A stretch of DNA of 64,000 nucleotides, from positions 14,897 to 78,896 of the forward strand of contig CAIMOB010000014.1 in the NCBI GenBank assembly GCA_903842985.1. Direction: 5' to 3'. How positions within the stretch are numbered: position 1 is the stretch's first letter; every line of letters starts with the position of its first letter. This DNA is from an uncultured archaeon (lineage in GTDB: Archaea > Nanobdellota > Nanobdellia > Woesearchaeales > CAIVOO01). The translations under genes were made by a program, and so were the position numbers. The notes under the pieces were generated by a model. That model was not told where the DNA came from. It made no database searches and worked only from the letters and a program-made list of their open reading frames with translations. This document shows positions 27,329 to 37,294 of the stretch, piece by piece.

Positions 27329-30300
27329 TCAACAAGCTGGTCCGCCCACTAACCAAGAATCATGGCAGACGCATTTTAAATGGCGGAGATAGCTTTTAAT
27401 TGTGTCATTAAACTCCGCTGCAGTTGACAGCGGAATTGTTTTTACGTATGTCCCTCCAGATGTTTCTTGACAATAGTCAACGTTGTAATTCAATGCATCA
27501 ACCTGCGCTTTTGTAGAAATGTTATTTCCTGGCGTCATATATTCATCCCCTATCTGGGTATTAAGGTCGTCATAGCGGTCCCATACAGCATTGATAGCTA
27601 TTGGCACTATAATCAATGTTGTATTGACATCATACCATGGATCACCCCAGTCAGTTGGCAAAAACTGGAAATAATCCCTGTAAATTGGATCAGCAATTAC
27701 ATCAGCTTCATTTTCTGTCATGTAAACAGTTACATTTTCGTATCGAACAGCTTTGTTCCCTGCCTTGTCTGTTGCAGTTGCTTTTGTAACATAATGCCCG
27801 CTTACATTATATCTAATATTTATCTCTCCCATATCGCTGCCAGGCCCTGAGTAATCAACATCATTGTCTTTTATGCCGTCTCCGCTGGAGTCTGTGTTTA
27901 TGTCTTTGTCTAAGGTAACGTTTATGCTGGCGTCTGTTCTGCCTTCTATGTACACCATCTGCGCAGCAAGTGTTCCTGGCTGCGGCGGATCAAGCGCACT
28001 ATAATAAAACTTATATGGTCCTTCCATTCCTTTGTACTCAGTTAAGTAGCCTCCAATATAACCATAGATCATTTGACCAAAATTAGGCGGTGTTGTGTCC
28101 CTTATGATAAAGAAATCTCCAAGCTTATGCATCTTCCCCCATCTCAAATTATCATATGCATGAATTTCATATCTTCCAGGCCCCCAGTTGCAGGGTATGT
28201 AAACCTTGTAGTTCTTGTTGTGCTGTTTATTGTCGTTTGGCAGGAACAGGTTCTCAGAGGATTTGCTCTGGTTTCCGCAGTAGACAGTTTTTCCGTTTAC
28301 AGCACAGGGAATTGGAGCGCTTTCAACACCGCTTATTGCTGTATGGTTCTCTACAATAAACGTGACAGTTGTGTCATTGTAGCCGTTGTTTATGCCGAAC
28401 ATGTTGAAATTAACATATTCGTTGCAAGTGTAGTTATTATTTCCTTCATACCTTCCTGAATAGATTATGTGCCCATCAACATTCAGGTTCTTGTAGTATG
28501 TTGAGTTCTGGTCAACATCTGAATTGTGCGAACCTGTGTCGCACCAGTCATCATCAAAGTCATTCCAGTTCTTTATGCCGTCATGGTCGCAGTCATCTGT
28601 GTAGGGAGTTGTGTTCTGCGGAGGCCAGGTGTAATTGTACAATTCAACAAGTATGACAGCATCGTTGTAGTCAAAGTCAGGCATGATGCTCTTTTTCACG
28701 TCAAGGTCCTCGAAATAAATTCTCCAGGTGTCATAGTCAAGCCTGTCAACTATTGCATAGCTCGAGTTTGAATAATGGTCATAATCCATTTTCGTTGGGC
28801 AGTATCCTTGCAGGCAGTGCACCCTAATGTACAGCAAAATCTCTGTCAGCGCATTTATCTTCTGCCCATTGTTGAGCACAACAGACTTTCCTGTTGAGGT
28901 GTTCGCGACAAGCATGGCACTGTAGGGCTTTGCAAGGCGAAGGTCTGATTTCAGGCCAGCCTCTGCTTTTTCAAAAAGGACTCTTACGTTGCCTGTTTCA
29001 GGCAGTATTATCAGTTTGTCCGCTGTTGGCTGAGTGCTCATCTTGTGGTCAAAATCCTTTTCATCGGTTCCCTCAATGACAATATTTACATACTTCGTGC
29101 TTGCTGTTGAGAATCCATAATAAGCGCCGTTTGCGTCTGTCACAGCGTCAGGAATAGGCTTCGGCTGCAGTGCAGAGTAATTTCCTGTCATGTTCTCAGC
29201 ATTCCATACTGTGTTGTTGTAAAAGGATATGTTTTCTCCTGCAATTGGCAGGCCGGTGTCTGTGTCAAACACCCTTCCATAGACATTCGGAATCCAGTTT
29301 GAGCAGCTTGGGTAAGTGCCATTCCAGTCAAGGCTGTGAAAGTTGCATACATCCACTGTGCTGTTGCTTCCGTCATAGCATTCGGAATTTACATGGCATG
29401 ACTGATGTGCATGAAGGATTATTGACTTTGAAACATTTTCAATGCCGTCGTTTGCATTCAAAGTTATGTTATAATCTCCGTATTGCGTTGAATTAGGCAT
29501 CCAAATGATTGTTTTATTTATGAAAACAGCTCCAGCAGGAAGGTTCTGCACAGAAATGTTGACTGTCCCATTATCGGGGTCGCTGACATTTATATGTATA
29601 TTCGCGTTGTACGTGCTCCAGGCTTCGCTGTCGCCCGTGAGTATTACAGGAGGAGCGTTCATGTATGTGTTGTTTGCGTAGACATTATTTGAGCTGTTTG
29701 CCCTGTATCCGCCGAAATTGAGCAGGTTTTTTGTTATAGAATTTCCTATTGAATTATAGCCAAGCAAAATTGCAGTTGCACTGTTGTGCGTAACATTGTT
29801 TTTGTAGACTATGTTGTTCTTGTTTCCAATCCCTCTTGATGGAACAATGTCATTCATCAGCAGAACGCCCTCAAATGCATTATTCTTCACGTTGTTGCTT
29901 CTTATCTCGTTGCTGCTTGAGTTGAAAAGCGCGATTCCAGGACCTAAATTGTTCAGGACATTGTTATTAACAATATAATTTAGCCCTGCGCTTCCGACGT
30001 AGATTCCTGAATAAAATCCTCTTTTGCTTTCAGTCACATCAAATCCGCCGTTTCCTGTCAGGTTGTTGCCAACAACATAGTTGTGCACTGCATTGTTGTT
30101 ATTGTTTCCAGTAATCTGTATTCCTGCATTTGAATTGTAGTTCACAATGTTGTTTGTGACATTGTTATAGTCATTGCCGTTCTGGAGCGTGATTCCGTAT
30201 TGCTGGCTTTCAATAATATTATTCTTTATTACATTGTATTTGCAGCTTGTTGCATCATCCAATATCTCTGATGGAACAAGATTAATTCCTCTTTTGGTAT

Positions 30301-31369
30301 TGAATCTTAAGGTATTTCCTGAGATTGTGTTATGAGAAGCATCAACAAGCTCGATGCCAGCAGTTGTGCTGTTTGTTATGATATTATTGGTTAATATATT
30401 GCTGTTGGAATTTTCAAGATAGATTCCTTTGCTGTACTTCTTAATATTGCAGTTCTTTATTGTGTTGCCATTGTAGCCGTTGCTGTAAATTCCATACCCA
30501 GCGCCATTGCCGACAATTACTGAATTATTACAGTCCAACACAATATTGTTTGCTCCAATCTTCAGTATTCCGTCGCCATTCGCGTCGTTTGTGTTGTATG
30601 TTCCTGCGCAGAGAACTGCGCTTACATTAACAACTAAGTCATCAACAACATGCGCGCACGGCTTCCCGCTTTCCTGTGAAGTGTAATTCGTGAAATGCTG
30701 GACAGTGAATGTCAAATCCCCGTTTGTATAGCTGATAATATTGCAGTCAGTGCATTTGCTGTCGTCTTGTAAGATAACAGGATTGCTGAAAGACAAGCCA
30801 TACAATGTTAATGTTGCCGGCTTGTTCAGCTCCGGCAGATTATTTGAGTCAACTGAAATAAAATTATTGGATATCTGGACATAAGCATCAAGGTTTGTAT
30901 TTGAAATATCAACAGACTGCCCGCTGAAATCGATTTTTCCACTGTTCGGGACTTCAAGCACCAAATCATTGACAGAAGTTAAATCGCTTTCCTGCGAAAA
31001 ATCAGTTGTGTCGCCTGAAAACTCTGTCGCGTCAGGAATGTTTGAGCTTGAACCTGAATTGCTTGAACCGCCTGAACTGCCTCCTGAAGAGGTTTTCTTG
31101 CTTGTACTTGAGCCTGCGAGAATATTATACGTAAACTTTGTTTGGTTTTGGGTTACAGCTGTCTGATTTTTGCTTGGCTCTTGAACTTTATTCTGTGAAC
31201 TTTCATTTACAACCGCAGGAGTCTCATTCGCTTCTGCTGCCTTCAATTCCGAAGAAGCTGTTCTGTCATAAATCACATTCCCTGTAATCACACCTTTGCT
31301 GCAGCCGTAGAGAAATATAGTTAAGACTGCCAGAATCAATACGCCCCATTTTTTATTTTTCTGGTTCAT
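27329..31369 (-). CDS. giant secreted lipoprotein with right-handed parallel beta-helix (NosD/PbH1-type) repeats
   Basis: Signal peptide ending LYGC (lipobox). Repeated N-x-I-x-x-N/beta-helix segments follow (NNIITNSTTAGIELVDASHNTISGNTLRFNTKRGINLV and many more). C-terminal Cys-rich end. Confidence 0.7.
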   Translation of the reverse strand: MNQKNKKWGVLILAVLTIFLYGCSKGVITGNVIYDRTASSELKAAEANETPAVVNESSQNKVQEPSKNQTAVTQNQTKFTYNILAGSSTSKKTSSGGSSGGSSNSGSSSNIPDATEFSGDTTDFSQESDLTSVNDLVLEVPNSGKIDFSGQSVDISNTNLDAYVQISNNFISVDSNNLPELNKPATLTLYGLSFSNPVILQDDSKCTDCNIISYTNGDLTFTVQHFTNYTSQESGKPCAHVVDDLVVNVSAVLCAGTYNTNDANGDGILKIGANNIVLDCNNSVIVGNGAGYGIYSNGYNGNTIKNCNIKKYSKGIYLENSNSNILTNNIITNSTTAGIELVDASHNTISGNTLRFNTKRGINLVPSEILDDATSCKYNVIKNNIIESQQYGITLQNGNDYNNVTNNIVNYNSNAGIQITGNNNNNAVHNYVVGNNLTGNGGFDVTESKRGFYSGIYVGSAGLNYIVNNNVLNNLGPGIALFNSSSNEIRSNNVKNNAFEGVLLMNDIVPSRGIGNKNNIVYKNNVTHNSATAILLGYNSIGNSITKNLLNFGGYRANSSNNVYANNTYMNAPPVILTGDSEAWSTYNANIHINVSDPDNGTVNISVQNLPAGAVFINKTIIWMPNSTQYGDYNITLNANDGIENVSKSIILHAHQSCHVNSECYDGSNSTVDVCNFHSLDWNGTYPSCSNWIPNVYGRVFDTDTGLPIAGENISFYNNTVWNAENMTGNYSALQPKPIPDAVTDANGAYYGFSTASTKYVNIVIEGTDEKDFDHKMSTQPTADKLIILPETGNVRVLFEKAEAGLKSDLRLAKPYSAMLVANTSTGKSVVLNNGQKINALTEILLYIRVHCLQGYCPTKMDYDHYSNSSYAIVDRLDYDTWRIYFEDLDVKKSIMPDFDYNDAVILVELYNYTWPPQNTTPYTDDCDHDGIKNWNDFDDDWCDTGSHNSDVDQNSTYYKNLNVDGHIIYSGRYEGNNNYTCNEYVNFNMFGINNGYNDTTVTFIVENHTAISGVESAPIPCAVNGKTVYCGNQSKSSENLFLPNDNKQHNKNYKVYIPCNWGPGRYEIHAYDNLRWGKMHKLGDFFIIRDTTPPNFGQMIYGYIGGYLTEYKGMEGPYKFYYSALDPPQPGTLAAQMVYIEGRTDASINVTLDKDINTDSSGDGIKDNDVDYSGPGSDMGEINIRYNVSGHYVTKATATDKAGNKAVRYENVTVYMTENEADVIADPIYRDYFQFLPTDWGDPWYDVNTTLIIVPIAINAVWDRYDDLNTQIGDEYMTPGNNISTKAQVDALNYNVDYCQETSGGTYVKTIPLSTAAEFNDTIKSYLRHLKCVCHDSWLVGGPAC

Positions 31370-32031
31370 TTTTTGTTGTACCAGTTAAGCTTTACTACGA
31401 ACGAAGTATTTTCTAAACTATCATCGGCTTGAACTGTTCTTGTCACAGGATTTTTATATGGAAGATCGCCTGAAACAAAATAAGGGCATCCAGCTTCACA
31501 GCCAGTTGATGTCACAGTTGTTGGATAATTTAAGATTACAGACGCATTAGGCATTTCAATTACAGCAATTACATCATTGAGAACAATGCCGTCTGTCAGA
31601 TTTTTGATTCCGAAATTTACATTCACAATGCTTTCTGGAGTTGATGTGCAGTTTGCATCTGTGCTTATGCTGTAATCAGCGCTTACTGTATTAGGGTCAA
31701 TTGGCGAAACAATGCATGCATTAGGGTCATCAGAATTAATTTGCCATGTATGTGTTTCAAGAAGGTAATGCTGCTGCGCAGGAGGCTGCTGCTGCGCAGG
31801 CGGAGAACTGTAGCTTTGCTGCCCGCAGGAAAACGCAGGCTGCGATTGCGTTGTTATTGCCTGATAATCCTTAAAACTAAGGCCATATGCTGATGACACG
31901 CACTCTTCTAATGCGCTTCCCTGCTTTCCTTCGCATACATCCTTGAAATTAGAATCTATACTGCAACCTAGACCAATAAGTGTTGCAGCAATTAAAACAG
32001 GCTTGATTAAAATAGACTTTAATGAATGCAT
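31366..32031 (-). CDS. secreted hypothetical protein (Cys- and Q/P-rich)
   Basis: N-terminal hydrophobic segment ending LIGLGCS (lipobox-like). Overlaps the start of the downstream beta-helix gene by 4 nt, suggesting an operon. Confidence 0.5.
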   Translation of the reverse strand: MHSLKSILIKPVLIAATLIGLGCSIDSNFKDVCEGKQGSALEECVSSAYGLSFKDYQAITTQSQPAFSCGQQSYSSPPAQQQPPAQQHYLLETHTWQINSDDPNACIVSPIDPNTVSADYSISTDANCTSTPESIVNVNFGIKNLTDGIVLNDVIAVIEMPNASVILNYPTTVTSTGCEAGCPYFVSGDLPYKNPVTRTVQADDSLENTSFVVKLNWYNKK

Positions 32032-32123
32032 ATATACCACCCTTAAATGACTAATGTATATACTGCAATATATAAATCTTTCTAGAAATTGGCCTTAACT
32101 ACTTATTTTTCAGTTATAAGAAA

Positions 32124-33638
32124 TTATGAAACAGGCAAATAAATATTAAAAATTGCGCCTTTTCCCGGCTCTGATTCCACATCAATCTGTCCGTTATGCC
32201 TCTTAATTATGGAATATGCAGTTGAAAGCCCAATTCCTGTTCTTCCTTCTTTGGTTGAGAAAAAAGGGTCAAATATCTTAGACAATTTATCTTTGGGAAT
32301 GCCAACTCCATGGTCTTTAACAGCGATTTTTATGTACCTTCCTTCTTGTAAATCTGAATATTCTCTGTTTTTAAATAAAATGTTTTCAGCCTGAATATTA
32401 ATCACACCTCCGTCGGGCATTGCCTGGTTCGCATTCTCCACAAGATTGGCAATAACCTTGCTTATCTGCCCTTCATCTATGTTAACCAGGCCAAGATTAT
32501 CAGCAATATTAAACTCATACTTGACATTAGAGCTGCTCAGTGCAAAATTGGCAGAGTCTTTAATTAGCTTCTCGATTGACACAATCTTTTTGATCGGCGC
32601 TCCTCCGCTTGCAAATGTGACTAATTGGCTGGCCAGATTTTTCCCCCGCAGGGACGCTTTTTCTACATCCTCTATTATTTCATATAATTCCTTATCATCA
32701 CTGTATTGCTCTTTAATGCAGGAAATATTTCCCAGAATGCCTGCCAGCACATTATTGAAATTATGGGCTATGCCTGCTGCAAGATTGCCAATGGCTTCAA
32801 GTTTCTGCATTTTAAGCTTCTGCTCTTCAGCTTTCCTGTGTTCAGTGACATCCCTAAAGAGACCTAAGAGATATGTTTTTCCAGCCAGTGTTATCGGAGT
32901 CGAGTTTATGTCTGAATAAAAAACACTGCCATCTTTTCTTTTTACCGGAATATCTTTAGCCACTGCAATCTCTCTTCTTGCCTGTTTCTCAAACTGCTCT
33001 ATAACATAGGGCAAATCTTCCTTGGGATGAATATCAGCAACTCCTAAATTTTTAATCTCTTCAAGACTATAACCTAACATTTGACAGATTGCATTATTGC
33101 AGTCATCAAATTTTTTGGTCTCATTATCTACCAGGATTATTCCGTCGTTTGCATTATCAAAAATAGTTTTAAATCTTCCCTCGGAATCCCGCAGCGCCTC
33201 CTCCGCCTGCCTGCGTTCGGTGATGTCACGGCACAGCGTAAGAATCTTTGTTACTTCATCTACTTTTATGACAGTCGCATTAATCTCAATTGGAGTAATC
33301 TTGCCTTGAGCATTTATGTAGTCAATATTCAAATTTCTGATTTGGCCCTCTCTAAAACATTTATCGACAGCTTCGGCATTCTTTTCTTTTTCGTAATCAG
33401 CTGTCCATTCAACTACGCTTCTGCCATATATCTGGCTGAGATTCTTATGCCCAGAAAGACGGACATATTCCTGATTTGCATCAATGACCTTGCCTTCTTG
33501 GTCAAGAATTACAAAACCTGTATTAGTTGTTTCAATAAGCCCATTATATAGTGTCAGATTTTTCTGCAATGCCTTTTCAGCTTCCTCCAGCTCCTGAATC
33601 CTTTTTTCCAGTTCTGAATAAGTTAGTTTTTTATTCAT
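32124..33638 (-). CDS. PAS-domain sensor histidine kinase
   Basis: Two PAS-like segments, the H-box AHNFNNVLAGILGN, and the HATPase_c motifs GVGIPKDKLSKIFDPFFSTK...GIGLS. Confidence 0.8.
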   Translation of the reverse strand: MNKKLTYSELEKRIQELEEAEKALQKNLTLYNGLIETTNTGFVILDQEGKVIDANQEYVRLSGHKNLSQIYGRSVVEWTADYEKEKNAEAVDKCFREGQIRNLNIDYINAQGKITPIEINATVIKVDEVTKILTLCRDITERRQAEEALRDSEGRFKTIFDNANDGIILVDNETKKFDDCNNAICQMLGYSLEEIKNLGVADIHPKEDLPYVIEQFEKQARREIAVAKDIPVKRKDGSVFYSDINSTPITLAGKTYLLGLFRDVTEHRKAEEQKLKMQKLEAIGNLAAGIAHNFNNVLAGILGNISCIKEQYSDDKELYEIIEDVEKASLRGKNLASQLVTFASGGAPIKKIVSIEKLIKDSANFALSSSNVKYEFNIADNLGLVNIDEGQISKVIANLVENANQAMPDGGVINIQAENILFKNREYSDLQEGRYIKIAVKDHGVGIPKDKLSKIFDPFFSTKEGRTGIGLSTAYSIIKRHNGQIDVESEPGKGAIFNIYLPVS

Positions 33639-34056
33639 TTTTTCCTTCCAATATCAGGGTGATTGCCTCCTCCATCTCGTTTAATGTGTAGGGTTTGACA
33701 AGAGCGCCTTTAAAATGATATTTTTTAAAATCAGTCATTACTGGATTTTCAGAATAACCGCTTGAAACCATCACTTTGACACCAGGGTCTATTTCAATCA
33801 GTTTTTCTAATGTTTTCTCGCCACCCATGCCGCCTGGGACAGTTAAGTCCAGTATGACAAGGTCAAAAGGCTTGTCTGATTTCCTGGCTTCTTTATACAA
33901 TTCTATTGCTTCAGCGCCGTTTGATGTAAATTCCCCGAGATATCCCAAATTTTTAAGTATCCTTCCAATAGCTTTTATGATTATTTCATCATCATCCATT
34001 ACAAGTATCTTTGCTTTATAATCTGTTTTTTTATCCATTTTAGTGAAAAAACACAC
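33631..34056 (-). CDS. response regulator receiver domain protein (CheY-like, stand-alone)
   Basis: ILVMDDDEIII...DLVILDLTVPGGMGG...VSSGY matches the receiver-domain pattern. It overlaps the kinase start, suggesting an operon. Confidence 0.75.
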   Translation of the reverse strand: MCFFTKMDKKTDYKAKILVMDDDEIIIKAIGRILKNLGYLGEFTSNGAEAIELYKEARKSDKPFDLVILDLTVPGGMGGEKTLEKLIEIDPGVKVMVSSGYSENPVMTDFKKYHFKGALVKPYTLNEMEEAITLILEGKNE

Positions 34057-34127
34057 TACTATTATACCTGAATCAAGTTTATAAACCTTTTGGTATTTAC
34101 CACTACTTAGTTAATATATAACAATGG

Positions 34128-34772
34128 TTAAAAGCTAGAAAATCTCAAAAGCTCATCAGCAGACTCCAGAAGCATACCTATGCCTTCCTTCTTCAGCTTC
34201 TGGACAAACTTATCCTCAATCCTCTTTCTCACATTAGGGTCAAGCATAGCCTTGAATACATTAACATGATTTTTCTCCATCTCCCTTTTTACAATATCAA
34301 AGCAGGACAGCCTATTGCCTGAAATTTCAATGCCTGTATTGAAATATGCCCCATATTTTGCAGTGCCTTCGCAGATTAATTTGCAGCAGACATTCTTTTC
34401 AGCTTCAACAAAATGCCAGACCTCTTCAACTATTACGCTTTTTCTGAAGCCAGGGTCAATGTTTTTGAATGGTTGATAGAAAATGATATCTTCTGTATAG
34501 ACCTCTTTTGGAAGTTTGAGCTCGGAAATCTTTTTTTCAAGCTTTTGCATGTTTTGTTCACCATATATCTCCCTGAGCTGTTCGTCAACACCCTTTGTCA
34601 GAATTTTTTTTAGATTTTGGTTTAGCCTTGCGTAAAACCCCGGATTGTACGGGCACAGCTCATCAACAAAAACAAATGTCGGTGTCAGCAGGGATTTAAC
34701 CCCCCTTCTGCCAAGATATTCAATTGTGTTTTGAATTTCGTCTCCTATTTGCATTTTAAAACCCCAAGCCAA
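34128..34772 (-). CDS. hypothetical protein
   Basis: A 214-aa ORF. No family recognised. Confidence 0.45.
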   Translation of the reverse strand: MAWGFKMQIGDEIQNTIEYLGRRGVKSLLTPTFVFVDELCPYNPGFYARLNQNLKKILTKGVDEQLREIYGEQNMQKLEKKISELKLPKEVYTEDIIFYQPFKNIDPGFRKSVIVEEVWHFVEAEKNVCCKLICEGTAKYGAYFNTGIEISGNRLSCFDIVKREMEKNHVNVFKAMLDPNVRKRIEDKFVQKLKKEGIGMLLESADELLRFSSF

Positions 34773-34856
34773 AAGGTAATTGGCTTGGTTATATAAATTT
34801 TACTATTTAATGGTGGTATCGTTTTATTTATATTTAAGTGATTTTTCCATTACCCT

Positions 34857-35447
34857 ATGAAGATTTTAGGATTCGTTGATGTCCATGGAAACATGTCTGC
34901 GCTGAAAAGCGTGATTAAAAAATCAAAGAAGGCAGATGTGCTGGTGTGCGCAGGTGATTTGTCGATTTTCCAGGAAGGCCTCGAGATATTAATCGCAAAG
35001 CTGAGCAAGGCAAACAAATTAGTCCTGATAATCCCAGGCAACCACGAGGATGAGGGCCTTCTGGCTGATGTGTGCTCTGCCTTTAGCAATGTTCTTTACA
35101 TGCACGAGCGCTCATACCATTTTGGAAAGTATGTCTTCTTTGGCTATGGCGGCGGCGGATTCTCGCAGAAGGACGAAAGGCTCGAGAGGCTGGCGAAGCG
35201 GTTCAAGAAGCACCTGAAAAAGAATGACAAGGTAATTTTGTTCACGCACGCGCCGCCCTATGGGACAAAGCTGGATAAGGTATGGCATGATTATGTTGGG
35301 AATGAGTCAATCAATAAATTCATCAAAATAATAAAGCCAAAACTGCTTATCTGCGGGCACATACACGAAACAGCTGGAAAAAGCGATAAAATTAGCTCAA
35401 CAAAAATAATTAATCCAGGGCCAGAGGGCAAGATAATAGAGATATGA
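34857..35447 (+). CDS. calcineurin-like metallophosphoesterase
   Basis: GFVDVHGN, CAGDLS, IPGNHED and GHIH are the phosphoesterase motifs. Confidence 0.7.
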   Translation: MKILGFVDVHGNMSALKSVIKKSKKADVLVCAGDLSIFQEGLEILIAKLSKANKLVLIIPGNHEDEGLLADVCSAFSNVLYMHERSYHFGKYVFFGYGGGGFSQKDERLERLAKRFKKHLKKNDKVILFTHAPPYGTKLDKVWHDYVGNESINKFIKIIKPKLLICGHIHETAGKSDKISSTKIINPGPEGKIIEI

Positions 35448-36736
35448 AATACAACAAAAACCAGAAAAATCTTTTTGTTAACGGGGCGCTCTGGGCAGTC
35501 TATAACGGGCTGACAAGCGCATTCCTGATTGCGTTTGCTTTTGCGCTGGGCGCTTCGAATGTTGTTATCGGGCTTTTGTCTGCGATTCCATACATCTCAA
35601 TAGTGCTGTCAGAATTCATCGGCGCAAAGCTTGTGGAGTTCTATTCAAGGAAAGGAATATGCGTCACTGCGCACATCCTGGCGAAATTCCTCTGGCTTCC
35701 AATCACGCTGATTCCGATTTTCTTCAAGCAGCATCCGATATTTGTTACAGTCATATTCTACTTTCTAATAGAGTTTTCAGAATACCTTACAGACCCTGCC
35801 TGGACATCGCTTGCAGCTGACATTGTTCCTGAAAAATTAAGGGGAAAGTTCTTTGCAAAAAGAAATATGATTATATGGATTGCAATGATGATTACAAGCA
35901 TTGTTGCGGCTTTTTACCTTGACTTGTTCCCGAAAAACAATTTGTTCGGCTTTGCGTCAATATTCTTTGTAGGCCTTGTTTTCGGGCTGGCTGCAGCGGC
36001 AGTGTTCTGGAGAATAAAAGAGCCGAGCTACAGCGACAATGCACACTATACACTCAGAGAATTTTTTTCAATTGAAGGCGATTTTAGAAAGTTTGTCTTC
36101 ATTGTTTCGTTCTTCTATTTTGCAATAATGATAGCATCGCCTTTCTTTACTGTCTACATGCTTGACAATCTTGGCATGAGCTACACGTTTTTCATGGTTG
36201 CCACTGCAATCTCCATACTTGCAAGGATAGTGATTCAGACGCAGTATGGCAGAATAAGCGATAAATACGGCGACAAGCCCGTTGCAATATTATCAATGTT
36301 CGGCACAGCGCTTATCCCATTAATCTATCTGTTCATAACAAGGCAGAATCTCTGGCTTATTGTTCCTGCGCAAATACTGTCAGGGCTTGTCTGGGCAGGC
36401 GCTGACTTGGCAATTTTTAATCTGCTTCTTGACCTTTCACCGCAGAAGCGGGCAGTTAACGTGGCTGTTTATTCGACAATTACATCAATCCCAATGATTG
36501 TCGCGCCTTTAATCGGCGGTTTCATTGCAGACAATGCATCATTCTTCCTTTCAGGAATTCCATTTGTGTTCACAATCGCTGTTTTCCTGAGGTCAATATC
36601 CTCGCTTTTCATGTTTTCAATAAAAGAGCCAAGGGCAAAGAAGGAGCACCAGGTTGGAGAGGTTTTCCTGAAGCTGATATCTATACATCCGATAAAGGGA
36701 ATTGAGAACAGGATTAGGTCTGTCAGGAGGAAATAG
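35444..36736 (+). CDS. MFS transporter
   Basis: About 12 predicted transmembrane helices, and 430 aa is a typical MFS size. Confidence 0.7.
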   Translation: MKYNKNQKNLFVNGALWAVYNGLTSAFLIAFAFALGASNVVIGLLSAIPYISIVLSEFIGAKLVEFYSRKGICVTAHILAKFLWLPITLIPIFFKQHPIFVTVIFYFLIEFSEYLTDPAWTSLAADIVPEKLRGKFFAKRNMIIWIAMMITSIVAAFYLDLFPKNNLFGFASIFFVGLVFGLAAAAVFWRIKEPSYSDNAHYTLREFFSIEGDFRKFVFIVSFFYFAIMIASPFFTVYMLDNLGMSYTFFMVATAISILARIVIQTQYGRISDKYGDKPVAILSMFGTALIPLIYLFITRQNLWLIVPAQILSGLVWAGADLAIFNLLLDLSPQKRAVNVAVYSTITSIPMIVAPLIGGFIADNASFFLSGIPFVFTIAVFLRSISSLFMFSIKEPRAKKEHQVGEVFLKLISIHPIKGIENRIRSVRRK

Positions 36737-37292
36737 CCAGCAATTCGTCAAGCGCAGATTTTAATTCAGTGATGTTATCGCTTCCGCTGAAATGTTTTTT
36801 GTTTTTCTCAATGATTATCTTTGCCCCGAGCCTGCTCCTGAAGATTTTTGAGTCACTGAGCGGGATTAAAGGGTCATCGTCAGAGAATATTGCAGCAAAC
36901 CTGTGCTTCTTTATTGCATTCCAGTCAATTGGCGTTTCCAGCCAGGGCTTTGCGATTTTCCTGTCTTCATCAGTTTCAAGCGCTGCATCTGTCAGATGAA
37001 CCCAGCCTGCAACGAGGACAGCGCCTCCGATTTTTTTATTTTTGATTGTTTCCAGATATCTCATAATTGTCTGGCAGCCGATGCTGTGCCCCACAAAGAA
37101 AGTTTCTTCATCAGCAGCTCCTACGATTTTCTTTAAATGAGAAACCCAGGTGTTTATTTTGGGATAAGCTGTTTCAGGCATTGCCGGAATCTCAACCTTA
37201 AAGCCTTTTTTCTCAAGCTCCTTCTTCAGCCAGGGAAACCACCCTTCTTTAGGATAACCTCCCCAGCCATGGACTATAAAGACGCGTTTCAT
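36723..37292 (-). CDS. alpha/beta hydrolase of the YdeN/RBBP9 serine-hydrolase family
   Basis: VFIVHGWGGYP... nucleophile elbow GHSIGC. Small, about 190 aa. Confidence 0.6.
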   Translation of the reverse strand: MKRVFIVHGWGGYPKEGWFPWLKKELEKKGFKVEIPAMPETAYPKINTWVSHLKKIVGAADEETFFVGHSIGCQTIMRYLETIKNKKIGGAVLVAGWVHLTDAALETDEDRKIAKPWLETPIDWNAIKKHRFAAIFSDDDPLIPLSDSKIFRSRLGAKIIIEKNKKHFSGSDNITELKSALDELLAISS

Positions 37293-37294
37293 TT

